Source: Lytechinus pictus (lineage: Eukaryota). Taken from it: a stretch of DNA of 64,000 nucleotides. Below are positions 24,760-36,682 of this stretch, piece after piece. Position numbers and translations under genes: made by a program. The stretch covers positions 24,490,001 to 24,554,000 of the forward strand of contig NC_087261.1 of assembly GCF_037042905.1 (NCBI RefSeq), in the 5' to 3' direction. Position 1 is the first letter of the stretch, and every line of letters starts with the position of its first letter. The notes below the pieces were generated by a model that was not told where the DNA came from, did no database searches, and saw only the letters and a program-made list of their open reading frames with translations.

Positions 24760-26926
24760 CTATCTTGGACACACATCGTCAACACTGATGTACTCATGGA
24801 TATCGTCATCTTCATCGCTGCTGTCGCCACTGATTGCACTGTAAATCCCTTCCCCGTTAGTCAGATCGTCTCCACTTCCCTCCAGACCTATTGATGAATA
24901 TACCCCTGACGTTGTTGAAAGACGATTCTTTGAAGATAGTTTATCCAACGTGGCGCCCCCTGTAGGTTGGCTAGGACCAACATCGACTTTTCCAATGGAA
25001 CTTGCTGTCTCCTGGCTGTTTCTGGTGCCTGATGATTTTGAAAGATGATGCAGCTTATGTAGTTTCTTGTCACCAGAACGTTTGTTTCCCGCAGTATGTT
25101 CTAATCCCATCTGAGTGGGGACGTCCTGGAATTCGTCCAAAATGTCAATGTATAGATTGCCTAGGTTTGTTTCAGTCGTTGCATCTGCGCCGTTTTCCAT
25201 GTCCAGTTCATCGTAATCATTTTCGTCGGTTTGGGGTCTCTGGATAGTGGCACTTGCCATTTTATCGGAGCGCCTCGCGGGAGAAACAAGCTGGAAACTC
25301 CCAACAGTCGTAAGCTCCCTCCCGAGGACCACGTCAACGGTAGGACGTATCTGGACACTCTTCCTATTCATTTCGTACTGTGTACTAGGTAGAGGAGGCG
25401 AGGTGATTTCATCTGCAGGAGTCCATCCGGATGTTAGGTTTTCCAAGGACGCAGGCCGACTAAGAGGTTGGTATGTCTGTTCGGTACTGTCTATCTCATT
25501 GTATTCACCATCATCTTTCATATCCCCATTAACAAGATGGGAACTTCTGGATTCCTTTTCCATAACTGGCCTTACTTGCGTTTGGTTCTTCCTAAGCGTT
25601 TCATACTGCGATTGTTGTGGCGCCTGTGTATTTTCTTTTTTAGGATTAGAAGTTTGTGGTGAATCCACCATAGATGCAGGTCTACTGAGTGGTTGGTAAA
25701 TGGATTTTTCTTCTGTTTCATCTTCCTCAATAAAAGCATCTGAGACAAACGAACGAAGTCCATCTCTATATCCAGGTGATGTTTTCGTCAAGGATTCTGA
25801 GCTTTTACGAAGGTTATTCCACAACTGGACGCCGACTGCATTCAGGTTAGGATTACTTTTGGCGAGGCGCTTGTCCAGTACTTCTATATTCCGCGAAGCC
25901 TGGGGAGTGGCCAATAAACTTGTGGATCTCAATGCAGTGTAATGCCCCGACAGCTTGCGAGGTTGATCACTCGTATTTGCCCGACGACGCTGCTCTGGTA
26001 GTGAATGCACAATGTCAACAATCTCCCAACCTTCACCGTCAGAAAGTATTAATGAGCCTACAGGAGATATGACTCCAGGAGACTGACTTTCCAGAACAAA
26101 ATATTCCTGCTGTGTTAAGTCTGCAGAAGAAATAGTCCCAGGGGGCCCTCTTTCCAAAACATAATACCCAGGCTGTTCATTGTTATTCAGGATATTTGGG
26201 GCCACGTGTGCTTTTGACGCAGTAGACCTTAGAGGCTGGTACGTAGGGCCAATACCAGGATTTGATTGGCCACAGTTAGCGTTTCTGATATCGGTTTCCA
26301 TAAATATAGGTATCGAGCCCACACTTCTAGCTCCTTTTAGCTTCATGTTCATTGGATTTACACCGAATTTACCTATTGCATACTTCCGAACCGGCATCTG
26401 AGGTCTTGAGACAGTGTTTGGCTTTTGTGCAGGTGTGACAAAAGCATGGCGAACGCGTGGGATGTCAGCCGTGTTTGCTCTGGAGCGTTGCCCAGCACTC
26501 GCATGATGGGAACCACTCCCATCGAGACTACCCGCACCGAGTGACCTCTGCGACTTAGAAACTGGGTGTAGCATGTTATCAATCATGTTCGTAAGTTCAC
26601 AGAACTCGACATCAAGTTCGGCGCTCAAGGTCCTCTTGCTTCCGTCACAACTGGCGGTAGACCCGCTCCTCTTGCTGTTCCCGCGTGGGTTCTTGGATAT
26701 TTCCTGGTACACATGCGGTCCGGGGGTACCAAACAACAGATTGTACTCGCCTTCTCCTATCTCGTAATAGTGGTTCTTTAGACCCGGTTCCATTGGTCCT
26801 GTTTGTGCAAGAGCAGGTGATACTTGATGTGTGGTCAGGTTCATGTCTCGTTTCTCGTGATTCATAGGATTGTTGCACATCCCCAAAGGCGGTCGGGTGT
26901 CGGAGGTCGAGGCGTTCGCCGTAGAT
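24760..26926 (-). CDS. Gene B exon 5: entire cytoplasmic tail
   Basis: 2167-nt exon inside the 726-aa ORF; acceptor CCATGCAG at 26927; 16 Yxx[LIV] motifs. Confidence 0.92.
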
Positions 26927-29900
26927 CTGCATGGATACAATTGTCAAATTTGATTATGAAAACATTTTAGAAATGTAAAAATATGAATGATATAAAAGTT
27001 ATAAAAATGCATCCTATTTTCAACTCAATGTTTATACCACACGATTGTTTTAAAGTTTGCAACGTCTAGAAAGAGTAACCTTTTTTTATCATTTTCACTG
27101 TTGTTAAGAGGTAAAAGGTCGCGGGAAAGGAGGAAAACGGTCTCCGAAAGGGATTTTGTTCTTCTTCCTCATCTTCTTCATTTGTCCTGTTTCATGTTGT
27201 TGTTCTTTGTTAGAAAATGTCTTATTTGTCCGCTAGCATCTTTTACACCGGAAGTATTGGTGCACTACAACAAATTTTGTTGGTTTCAGTGAGAGCTGAA
27301 TGAGGATGTTTGCGTATACTGTTACAGAAACACTTTCTAGCAATGACTTAGGGACTACGAGGAAAGGCTAGATAAGGTATGTGTTCTATGTTAGCTGAGT
27401 CCCGAAGTCAAATCCGTTTCCGTTATTCATAAATACAATTCTGTTAAACCATATAGCTATGCGATTTAAGTAAAAAGGGCATTATTTACCTCTTCTTTTT
27501 GTGATAGGCGCACACCACCGCCACTCCTAGGCCAAACGCGACCAGAGTCAGCCCAACTGCTAATGGGATTGAAACTCCAAGGCGTCTCCGGGTAGCTGAT
27601 GAAGACAAGAAACAAGAAAAGGGTGACATCATTTAGGATAACACGTCAGTAAATAGTGATAGACGATAGCTTTATATTACGTATTGGTTATTTGATGAGG
27701 ACAAAATGTTAACAGGATGAAAGATGGCAATGGTTATCATGGTAGTGATTCCGTTGCTGATGCTGCTGATGATGACGATTATGGTGATTCTTTTCTGATG
27801 TAATACTGGAATGAATTATGCAAGGTATCGTAAAAAAGTGCCATTGTGGTGATAAAAATTTTACAATAGAACAGGGTGCGTCGTGCAATGTAAATCTGAA
27901 TACACGACAAAGAGCACGGTTCCCTTACATGGAAGATACCCTTGTGGTACCTCGGTCATCTAATTGTATCTACAGTGATTGGTAAAGGTGTTGAGCGGCC
28001 AATCAAAAGCATTGCATGAACGTTACCATCGGATGGTCAAGTTACTATAAAAGAAACTTTGATACAACGGGACCCAAGGGGTGGTCTAGTGGTAGGCTAT
28101 AAATTTGAATATTGTAAGGGACCGATAACTCTTTAAAATGCACGTATGATTGAGTGGATACAGCTATGCCAGGAAAGTGGTTCCATATCCGATAGTCTTT
28201 GGGAAGAAGGAGTTCTGCTGACTTTGGTCATCATGGCAGAGCAGAGCATGGTCATTCCTTGCAAGACATGCTGCTAGGTCACTGCATGTGGGAAAGGCAT
28301 CATGACCAGTCCAAAATGGGATGCTGGTGATCGGAGAACATTGGTAGATGGGTAGCCGATGGTGCAATAAGTTCCATGCATGTGCAGATAAAAGAAGTGA
28401 AGTTATAGACCACCTGTAGTCATGATGATAGTGGTAATAATGATTATGAATTGCTGAAGCTGGTTAAAATGGTGATGAACATGATGTAATTTACATGCAT
28501 AATTCCAACTAGGAAGTGTTTCATGAAAAGTCATGTCAGTGATTTTCCCCGGCAAAGTAAATTGCTCTTAGCCAATCAGATCCAAGGATTTGCAGTAGAT
28601 TTTACTGTGGAAATCACTGACCAAACTTTTCATGAAACACTCACAGAAATAATAACGTGCACTTGCAGCCTGCTGTCACTTGTTTAAAAAACATTCCTCA
28701 TTATAAGAGGAACCGGGTCGTGTGGTCCAGTGGTTAGAGCATTGGACTTATAATCGCAAGGTTGTGAGTTCGAATCCCAACTCTGCCATTGTCTCCACTT
28801 TGATAAAAAGGCCAGAGAGTGATATCTGTCGTCTATAACGTCAGCCACTATGACTGATTAACCTAGACGTAAAATGTTTCCTAGGTAATTGGTTATATAC
28901 CAGCTTGGCGTTTACCAGCAAAAATGCTGTCCTGCCGAGTTCCTACGGGAGTTACCATAAACAGAAACAAACAGAAATAAACAGAAACAGGAAGTATAAG
29001 GGATGATATACAGACATGATAGAGAGCGACGAAAGGGGGCGCATCATTAATTGCATTCGAAACAAAGGTATATGGATACTCACTTGGTTCAAGAGACACT
29101 AACGGAAGATCCATAAAGTCTGTAGCCACAGGTGACTTAAAGTCCATTATTGGAGTAATGTCTGGTAAGTCGGTGGGATCTGAAGGTTAAAGAATAATTT
29201 GTTTGCCATTCATTGAAAATGTTGGCATTGTAAACATACGGTGTAAATAAATGTAAGACTACAAAGACAAGGGGGAAAGGCCAGTGTGACCTGCCACTCC
29301 AAAACCAGCAAGAAGTGGCCCAAAGTGAGTTTTAATTTTTTAAGATACCTTGACAGTGATGTGGCTGCAAGCGCGGAATATTGTATCGTTCTGCATCATC
29401 ACACTTGGAAATGATGTTTGCTTCTCTGCACTCCCCACAATCTTCTAAATTCAATTCCTCCTTCCCAAATAACAACTGAAGAGTCCCGAAACAAATACAA
29501 AATCCCTAAAGCGAAATTTTACAGATGTGCAGTTATTAATCATACGATTTTAGTGTCATTTTTTCTATAATGGCTCATTACCTGATGGGATGCGTATGAC
29601 TTCCTTGGCAGACCTTCCGACCACATTACGAATAACCTACCCCTATATATTAACATGTGTAAAACCACATTGGAAGATCTCCGAGTTACGTAGGTCCACG
29701 AAAAAATGAAACAAAGGTACGAATTTAAATTTTGTACGGTCTGGGCATTATCAAATAATGGGGTCCCCAGACATGTAAGAGGGAGAGGGACACACTCCCG
29801 CGCGTACTTTTCATGGAAGGGGAAAGAGAATAGAAAAGGAACCAGCGTTATAAAAAATTAAAAGGTACAACATTCAGTTGTCACGGTTTCTAGAATGTTT

Positions 29901-32243
29901 TATTTGGGGAAGGGTGACAATTCATTCTTGCCTCGGGCAGAATTTTTCAGAGCTTCTACACCCAGACTTCACCATGTCTACAGCAATACTCACCTGGATC
30001 GACAGCAACTGTCAGCCATATTCCCCTGTCGGTGACATTGTCGATGTCCGAAGAAAATGTCACCCACACCAACTCGTTCGTGGCGAACGAAAACGTGCTA
30101 TTGACCACACGCTCGAGATCGTCATCTGCCTCGTACATTTGGGTCTTGGCCTTGTGTTGTCCGAATCTGAAGGTGTCCCCTGTTGCCAGCTCTAGGTCGT
30201 TGACGGTTAGCGACAGACCGCATCCAGAGGGCGCTTGAAATGTCCAAAGGAGGTTGACGTCTTGGGGGTAGTTTGATGGATAACCTGGAGTTGTGATGTC
30301 GATTGGGGTTGTGTTCTTGTCGAGGACATAGGTGCAGTAGGGTACTGGTATTTTGGAAAACGAAACAATAACGTTGTGAAACTATTAAATATTAAGAAAA
30401 ATCCAAATGAATGATATCGTTTTTTGTTTTTATTTCTACTGCGTGTGTATATCTACATAGGCTAGTATTTTCTGAAAGAAGGAGCGATGCCAGGGCATTA
30501 TATAAAGGGAGCAGGAAGGCACACTCAAATGTATTAAGATAAATAGGTCTCGTACGGTAAGAAAACCAAGTCTTACCTTCGCCATATACCTACTATGTGG
30601 AATTTACCTTAATTTATTATTTCACCCCCTTTCTTTTTCATCCTTCCAATTACACATCTCCTCCTCTGTTTAGGCCGACAGCTCTGGGGAATAATTATTA
30701 GACCATATTATATACCGTATGGTAGCTTAGTAAGAAAGTGGTCTAATGACAAAATTATTTCCCAAACTGTGGCCCGTATTCTGAAGACCAGTTTATCTTG
30801 TGGCTCTGTCACATTGTTCCGTGCAAGCTTGTGTGTGACGTGACTTGCAGGTAACTAATTTACTACCCGCAGGTCGACCGCATTGACGGTATCTCGCACG
30901 CATCTCACACGCAGTTGCCTGCAGAAGCGCATTGCACGCAGAAAAGTTTTGAACATGCTCAAAACTTTGTTGTGGGCGAGTTGCAGGCAATCACTCGCAA
31001 CCCACCCGCAAGGCTTGTACGGAACGATGTGACAGGGCCTTTAGACAGGTCTATAACTCTGTGCTAAAATTATGGGAAGCCGAAAATGTAAAAAAACAAA
31101 TCTGTTCATAATTTATGTGTTTGAACTTTACTGTTTTCGTTTCCCCATCCATTAATGATGAAGAAAACTGTTTTTCATTCGCTCATTATTCCGAGAAAGT
31201 TATGAAAGATGTGTGCACAAAATGAGCAGATAATTAGACCTTTATTGTTAGAGGCTTGTGTCACAACTGGGTAGCCATAGTTGAACAACTTTAGACCAGA
31301 GTTTGAATTAAACTGGAACACAGACACTGCAAAAACACCGGTGTTAATTCAACACCATCCTGGTATCTGTATCGGTCCACACCAGAGAGGTGTTGAAACA
31401 ACAGTCGTTGGCGTTAGGCTAACACAAATTTGGCATTTAACTTAAGCAATTTAAGCAACACCAGTTAGTGTTAAACCAATGTCGGTTTGATTCTTAACTG
31501 GTGTTGTTTCAACACCTCACTGGTGTGGACCGATATAGATACCAGGTTGGTGTTGAATAAACACTACATAATAACTTCCACTATTTGTCACAATTTGTGG
31601 ACGCTTGTGAATAACAGGCACGAGACATCTAAAAAAATTATTTTTGGGATAGGATCATTCAATGGTACGTTATCGCAATGACCGCTCCGTTTGTAAACAA
31701 AAGGTGGACAGGAATAGATCACTTCCTTTGCCTCACGTACATCCGACCCGAATTGTTGACCGAAATGGAATGCTTAGGCTTTACCAATTCAAACATCTTT
31801 ATTCTTCCATTTTCATACAATTTCTTATACAACGGATATATATTATTATCAATAAATGCTTTATTCCTACTTTGTCCGTTCGTGCAACATTTCCATTAAC
31901 CCATTATTGGGATCATCATTAACATTACCATCGTAATCATCAGTAGTAGTAGTGGTGGTAGTAGAAGTAGTAGTAGTAGTAGAATGCCTAGTAGTAGGTA
32001 GTATAGTAATAGTAGTAGAAGAATAAATTGTTGTGGTGGTGGTGGTAACATTAGTGATGGTGTTTGNNNNNNNNNNNNNNNNNNNNNNNNNNNNNNNNNN
32101 NNNNNNNNNNNNNNNNNNNNNNNNNNNNNNNNNNNNNNNNNNNNNNNNNNNNNNNNNNNNNNNNNNNNNNNNNNNNNNNNNNNNNNNNNNNNNNNNNNNN
32201 NNNNNNNNNNNNNNNNNNNNNNNNGCAGCAGCAGCAGTAGTAA

Positions 32244-32300
<57 letters not shown>

Positions 32301-33520
32301 AAATAGTATAAGCAGCTGCCATGATAGGTGGTGGTGGTAGTAGCAGCAGAATCAGCAGCAGCAACTTTTACAAAAGTGTGTCGACATTGTCACTGCATAA
32401 TTATTAAACATCAATTTACATTGACTTTCCTTGAATATCTTATTACACACCAAATCTTACATGGAACTAGTTACCCTTCCTTCTTAGAAGGGCTCCGTTT
32501 GCGGGGACACGCTCGCTCGCTTTGTTCACTCTTGTAGATTTTAAAGAATAGTGCTCCATACCCAGTTGACTGTACTCAACAAACACACTGTCGGTCCATG
32601 TGCTCTTTCACACCAGTACCAATTAATAACATTAAATTTATGTGATTCGTTAGATGTGTACACGGAAATCCCATTGAATATAAAGGATTGCATTGCACAG
32701 CCCCATTGCAGATTTTGCGAGGAATAAAACCAAAGAGAAGTTTCTGATTATTCATGAACTATTCATGGAATTTAAGATAAAAGAAAGGGAGAGTTAAGCG
32801 TGATTGGCTCATTGAATTGTCAAATAATCTCGATGACTATTTTACAAAAAACAAAAGAAAATTCAAAACGTCGTAAAACGTTCTTTATTATAATTTTGAA
32901 AACCCTTTCGAAAAAAATATATAGAGTTAATTTTCCAAGACCTTATACTAGTTTGTCATAGTTTTTGTTATAGACCAATGGTTAAATGAGAAAAACATAT
33001 TTACTAGAAAAGTAGGCATGAGTTTTCATTAATCTTGAAAAAGGAAAACCTAATCATGTTTCACTTTACAAGATAACTTTGTGAAGGGTATGAATGCCAT
33101 AATGGATGCTGCATATAACACATGAAATTTCAATAGCATCATGGTAATTTCTTTAAATCATGTAAGCATAACTTACATGACTCATGTTTAGTTGCATAAA
33201 AGGTTTAGAAAATCACAGAATGCTCTCTCTCTCTCTATATATATATATACATATAAGAAAAACAAACGTATTCAATTAAAAACAAAATCCTGATCACTGA
33301 AGTAAGTCAGTGCTTGAAATAAGGCCAGGTCAAACATCACTGTGTTGTTTTATGTAAATATGATCATACCTATATATTTTTACACTATAACAAAATATAA
33401 TATATACTTACGGCAGTCTTTATCTGATGATGTCGCAGGCGGGAAAATACACAGTCCATATGTTATTAAAATCACGAGGCTTCCTGGATTATGAAGGAGA
33501 GTCATGTTGTCGTGCAGCAT
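24760..33520 (-). CDS. Gene B: type I membrane protein, signal peptide + 1 CUB + stalk + TM + 721-aa ITAM/ITIM-like tail (942 aa)
   Basis: Exons (minus): 33520-33412, 30344-29994, 29179-29084, 27595-27490, 26926-24760. All GT-AG, phases 1,1,1,2; total 2829 nt, open to the TAG at 24760. Confidence 0.88.
27490..27595 (-). CDS. Gene B exon 4: transmembrane helix (absent from the ORF track)
   Basis: TRRRLGVSIPLAVGLTLVAFGLGVAVVCAYHKKK; phase 1-2, acceptor TTCATCAG, donor GTAAAT. Confidence 0.88.
28160..28390 (-). pseudogene. LINE ORF2 C-terminal fragment
   Basis: NSFFPKTI followed by a frameshifted WNHFP, the SFFPRTIxxWNxLP motif typical of CR1/L2-group ORF2 ends. Confidence 0.5.
28715..28990 (+). 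mobile_element. tRNA-derived SINE (second family); diverged minus-strand copy at about 59655-59833
   Basis: A-box TGGTCCAGTGG, B-box GTTCGAATCC, (AAACAG)n tail. Confidence 0.88.
29084..29179 (-). CDS. Gene B exon 3: Pro/Thr/Asp stalk
   Basis: DPTDLPDITPIMDFKSPVATDFMDLPLVSLEP; 96 nt, phase 1-1, acceptor CCTTCAG, donor GTGAGT. Confidence 0.8.
29994..30344 (-). CDS. Gene B exon 2: CUB domain
   Basis: CTYVL..IDITTPGYPSNYPQDVNLLWTFQAPSGCGLSLTVNDLEL..GDTFRFG..LVWVTFSSDIDNVTDRGIWLTV; donor GTGAGT. Confidence 0.9.
30801..31040. mobile_element. MITE nested in an older element (about 30770-31320)
   Basis: TIR ggctctgtcacattgttccgtgcaagc / gcttgtacggaacgatgtgacagggcc. Confidence 0.78.
31326..31565. 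mobile_element. Palindromic MITE with CACT end; similar-ended elements at 34248-34412 and 55624-55842
   Basis: Long inverted arms ggtatctgtatcggtccacaccag / ctggtgtggaccgatatagatacc. Confidence 0.72.
31940..32345. repeat. (TAG)n microsatellite spanning an assembly gap
   Basis: Direct inspection; Ns at 32067-32224. Confidence 0.9.
33412..33520 (-). CDS. Gene B exon 1: signal peptide
   Basis: MLHDNMTLLHNPGSLVILITYGLCIFPPATSSDKDC, then strong donor C|GTAAGT (phase 1); alternative ATG at 33505. Confidence 0.7.
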
Positions 33521-36500
33521 TCGTTTCAAGGAACCCTAAAGACTTAAAATTATTAACATCCACAGTGGCTCATATGCGCTCAGCGCGGAGCTACATTTAT
33601 TTATTTTTTCTTAAACAACACACGTTGGTGTTTTTTCTTCATGCAGTTAATAACCTCAGTGTATTCAGAGGTAACTGCTGTTTGTAAGGCCTATTCAACT
33701 AATTTATCTCGAGTGGGGAGGAGATGAGGTAGGACAGAAATCACATCCTCTTCCGGTGCGTTCGTGTGATAAATTGTTTTCTAAACATTCAAGAGAAATA
33801 AGGAATGGAAAGAAAAGTAGTAAGAGAGGGAGAGTGTATGTGGGGGTGGAGTTGTTTTACAGTGTGGGTGTGCGCGACGTGTGTGTGTGTGTGTAAGAGA
33901 GAAGGGGTGAAGTAAAAACTAACAGAGCGATGAGACAGGCAGACAAATGAACAGAGAGATCGTCCAACCCGAAAAATACGGAAGAAAGGAAAATGAAAGG
34001 AGAACATAATTCAAGATACAAATAGATAAAATGAAAAGGTATTGAATTGATATGGAGGTTCGGACTGCTAAGGCTGTACACTAAAAAAATGGAAGAAAGC
34101 CACAGGAGGGACTGGACAGAATAACCAATTAGTCGGTGAATGTGTGCCCAAAGAAGAAAAAGAAATGGTTAAAATTTACTATTTTCTGTTAGAATCTATC
34201 AACAATATTGTTGACTTTGGACATTATGCTTTTCGGACCGACACAGTACACTCTAATAACACAAATTTTACCCAATATTGGGTAGAGAGGGAACATGCAT
34301 GTTTACTGGGTATTTTTTTCACTCTATATTGGGCTATTTCAACGCAACATTACTCAACCATCATGCATGTTCCCATTTTACCCAACATTGGGTAAATATT
34401 TTTTTAGAGTGTAAAACGCAGAATGAATTTGTTATACAACGCTAATAATATATTAACATACAGTAGTTGTGTCAATAGTTTTAACCAGTGTTTTAAACTC
34501 TTAATAAGCGAAGTTGAATTTTTAATACTTAATCTTCAATAGATTAGGCATGGATCTAAAAACATTTAAACAACTATTGTATAGTTCATATAGTCAATAA
34601 CGTTGTATAAAATTTTAAAATACGTATTTATTTTCGTATTCACGAACAGAATAACTGTTTTGACCAAAGGTTCACCAATATCTTTTCTTACAGTGGTCGC
34701 AAGACACAAATGCCGGAAGTTTTCAGAATCTTTTTTCTCACATAGATAAAGTCGATACGTGGCTGACTGGTGCAAAATGATAAAACGGTAGAAGTTACAT
34801 CCGTCATGATAATAATCTGAACACGTGATTGGTCGAAACCCCGTTATGTGACCGAAGGTACCAAATTTTCTTGGGCAGTTGGGGGTGCTACATGTATTAT
34901 TCTCCACAGGCAGCACCCCCAGGTATTCTGGAAGATGTGTAAAAATTGAGAGAAAAAAATGTAACCAAAATGACATTAATTTTTGTAGTGAAACCTTTTT
35001 TTTTCTTTTTTCTTTTCAAAATTACATCAGCACCCCAGATAGAAAATCGTACCCAGGGCCCTGATATTCCTATAGTCATGATAGTTTTAATCTTTTTTTT
35101 TTTTATAGATTACCAATGAAAATTTCCCCTTTTCAACACACCAATAAACAAATACATGACACTGATGTTCCTTCCATTCAAGAGATACGGAAGCTTTAAA
35201 CCGCCATGTGCTTGACGAGATGGCGAAATAATATTTCAACTTGCTATAGTCGAATTAGCTTTAATATGTCGAAATGGCCAGATACGTTATCTAGCTAAGT
35301 CGACGGATAAAAAGTTTTACATCGTCATGGCAAATTAAATTTTCACAATCTATTGTATCACGCCATGTCGACATACAACTTTGGATAATGTCGACTTGGC
35401 AAGATAACAAATATCGCTATGTCATCATAGTACGACTATTAAGTTAACAGGACAAGATAAGATCAATATAGTTTCCATACATTGTCGTTGGCTTGGATAT
35501 CAGTTCATATTCGACAGGAATTTCTGTGGATATAACAATTGAGACATTTACATTCTCTTATTCTGTGGATCTTTACCGATTTTAACTCTAAACCTTTTGT
35601 TTACGAATCTGGCACGAAAATAGAAATAACGTTCAAAGAACAGGATATTTGCGTGACTATAGTAACATCGTTTATACCTATATATAGACCAAAGTTTAAA
35701 AGACAGTATTCTTTTTTAGCTAGCAGNNNNNNNNNNNNNNNNNNNNNNNNNNNNNNNNNNNNNNNNNNNNNNNNNNNNNNNNNNNNNNNNNNNNNNNNNN
35801 NNNNNNNNNNNNNNNNNNNNNNNNNNNNNNNNNNNNNNNNNNNNNNNNNNNNNNNNNNTTTTTTATTATCACCAAACTTGCCACATTAAGAAAATAATAA
35901 CAGCAACCACGATAAAATAAATACACAGAGAAAGCGACATCTCGTATGAACTTAATAGATTTCTGATGTTTAGCACATTCAATTAAGCAAATTACAACAA
36001 AACAAAACGATATTGGACAACTGTTTTATTTCAAAACCAAGTCCTATTCCAAATTGTCATCAGGGCCCCGTTGCATAAAAGTTACTATTATGGAAACTTT
36101 GCCATCCAGTGGTAACTACCATGGTAACGATGCTGAACAACCAATCAAAAACAAGGATTTCATGCAAGTCACCATTGGATGACAAAGTTACAATAATTGT
36201 AACTCACAATTACAATTATTAAAATTACAATAATTGTAACTTTTATGCGACAGGGACCTGGATTACCTTTAAAAAGGGAAATTAAGTTCAGCATGAAAAC
36301 AAAGCGAAATTATTGTTCTAACATGTACAGTCTATTCATAACACAAACACAAAATCGGCGCATGACAAACAACACATCTAAATATGTTTCGGCTTCGCAA
36401 CGCACGACGAATTCAAGAACACAGTAAATAATGGCATGCCCGTCAAATGACAAAGAGCAGCTGGTAGGTCTTTGTCGAAAATTGGCAAACCGGAACAGCA

Positions 36501-36682
36501 GTTAACTCATACGTTTCGGAGCTGATGAATACTATGTCCAGAGTCCAGGACGAGATTACTATTTAATTCACCAATTTTCGTCAAAGACTTTTTGGTTGAC
36601 CCTCTTTGCCATGAAGTGCATTTGACAATACATTTTCTGTGTTATTAAATCCGTCGTGATTCGTGGAGAGAAGACCCGTTAA

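Noticed and set aside
25002-26867. Several antisense ORFs over the gene B tail exon
   Set aside because: Shadow ORFs of a long coding exon with no independent protein features.
28715-28790. tRNA gene candidates (also at about 4800-4872 and 22780-22855)
   Set aside because: A and B boxes are present, but the acceptor stems do not pair and SINE bodies and tails follow.
33720-33780. ETS- and GATA-like motifs upstream of the gene B start
   Set aside because: Short motifs are expected by chance and the transcription start is unknown.
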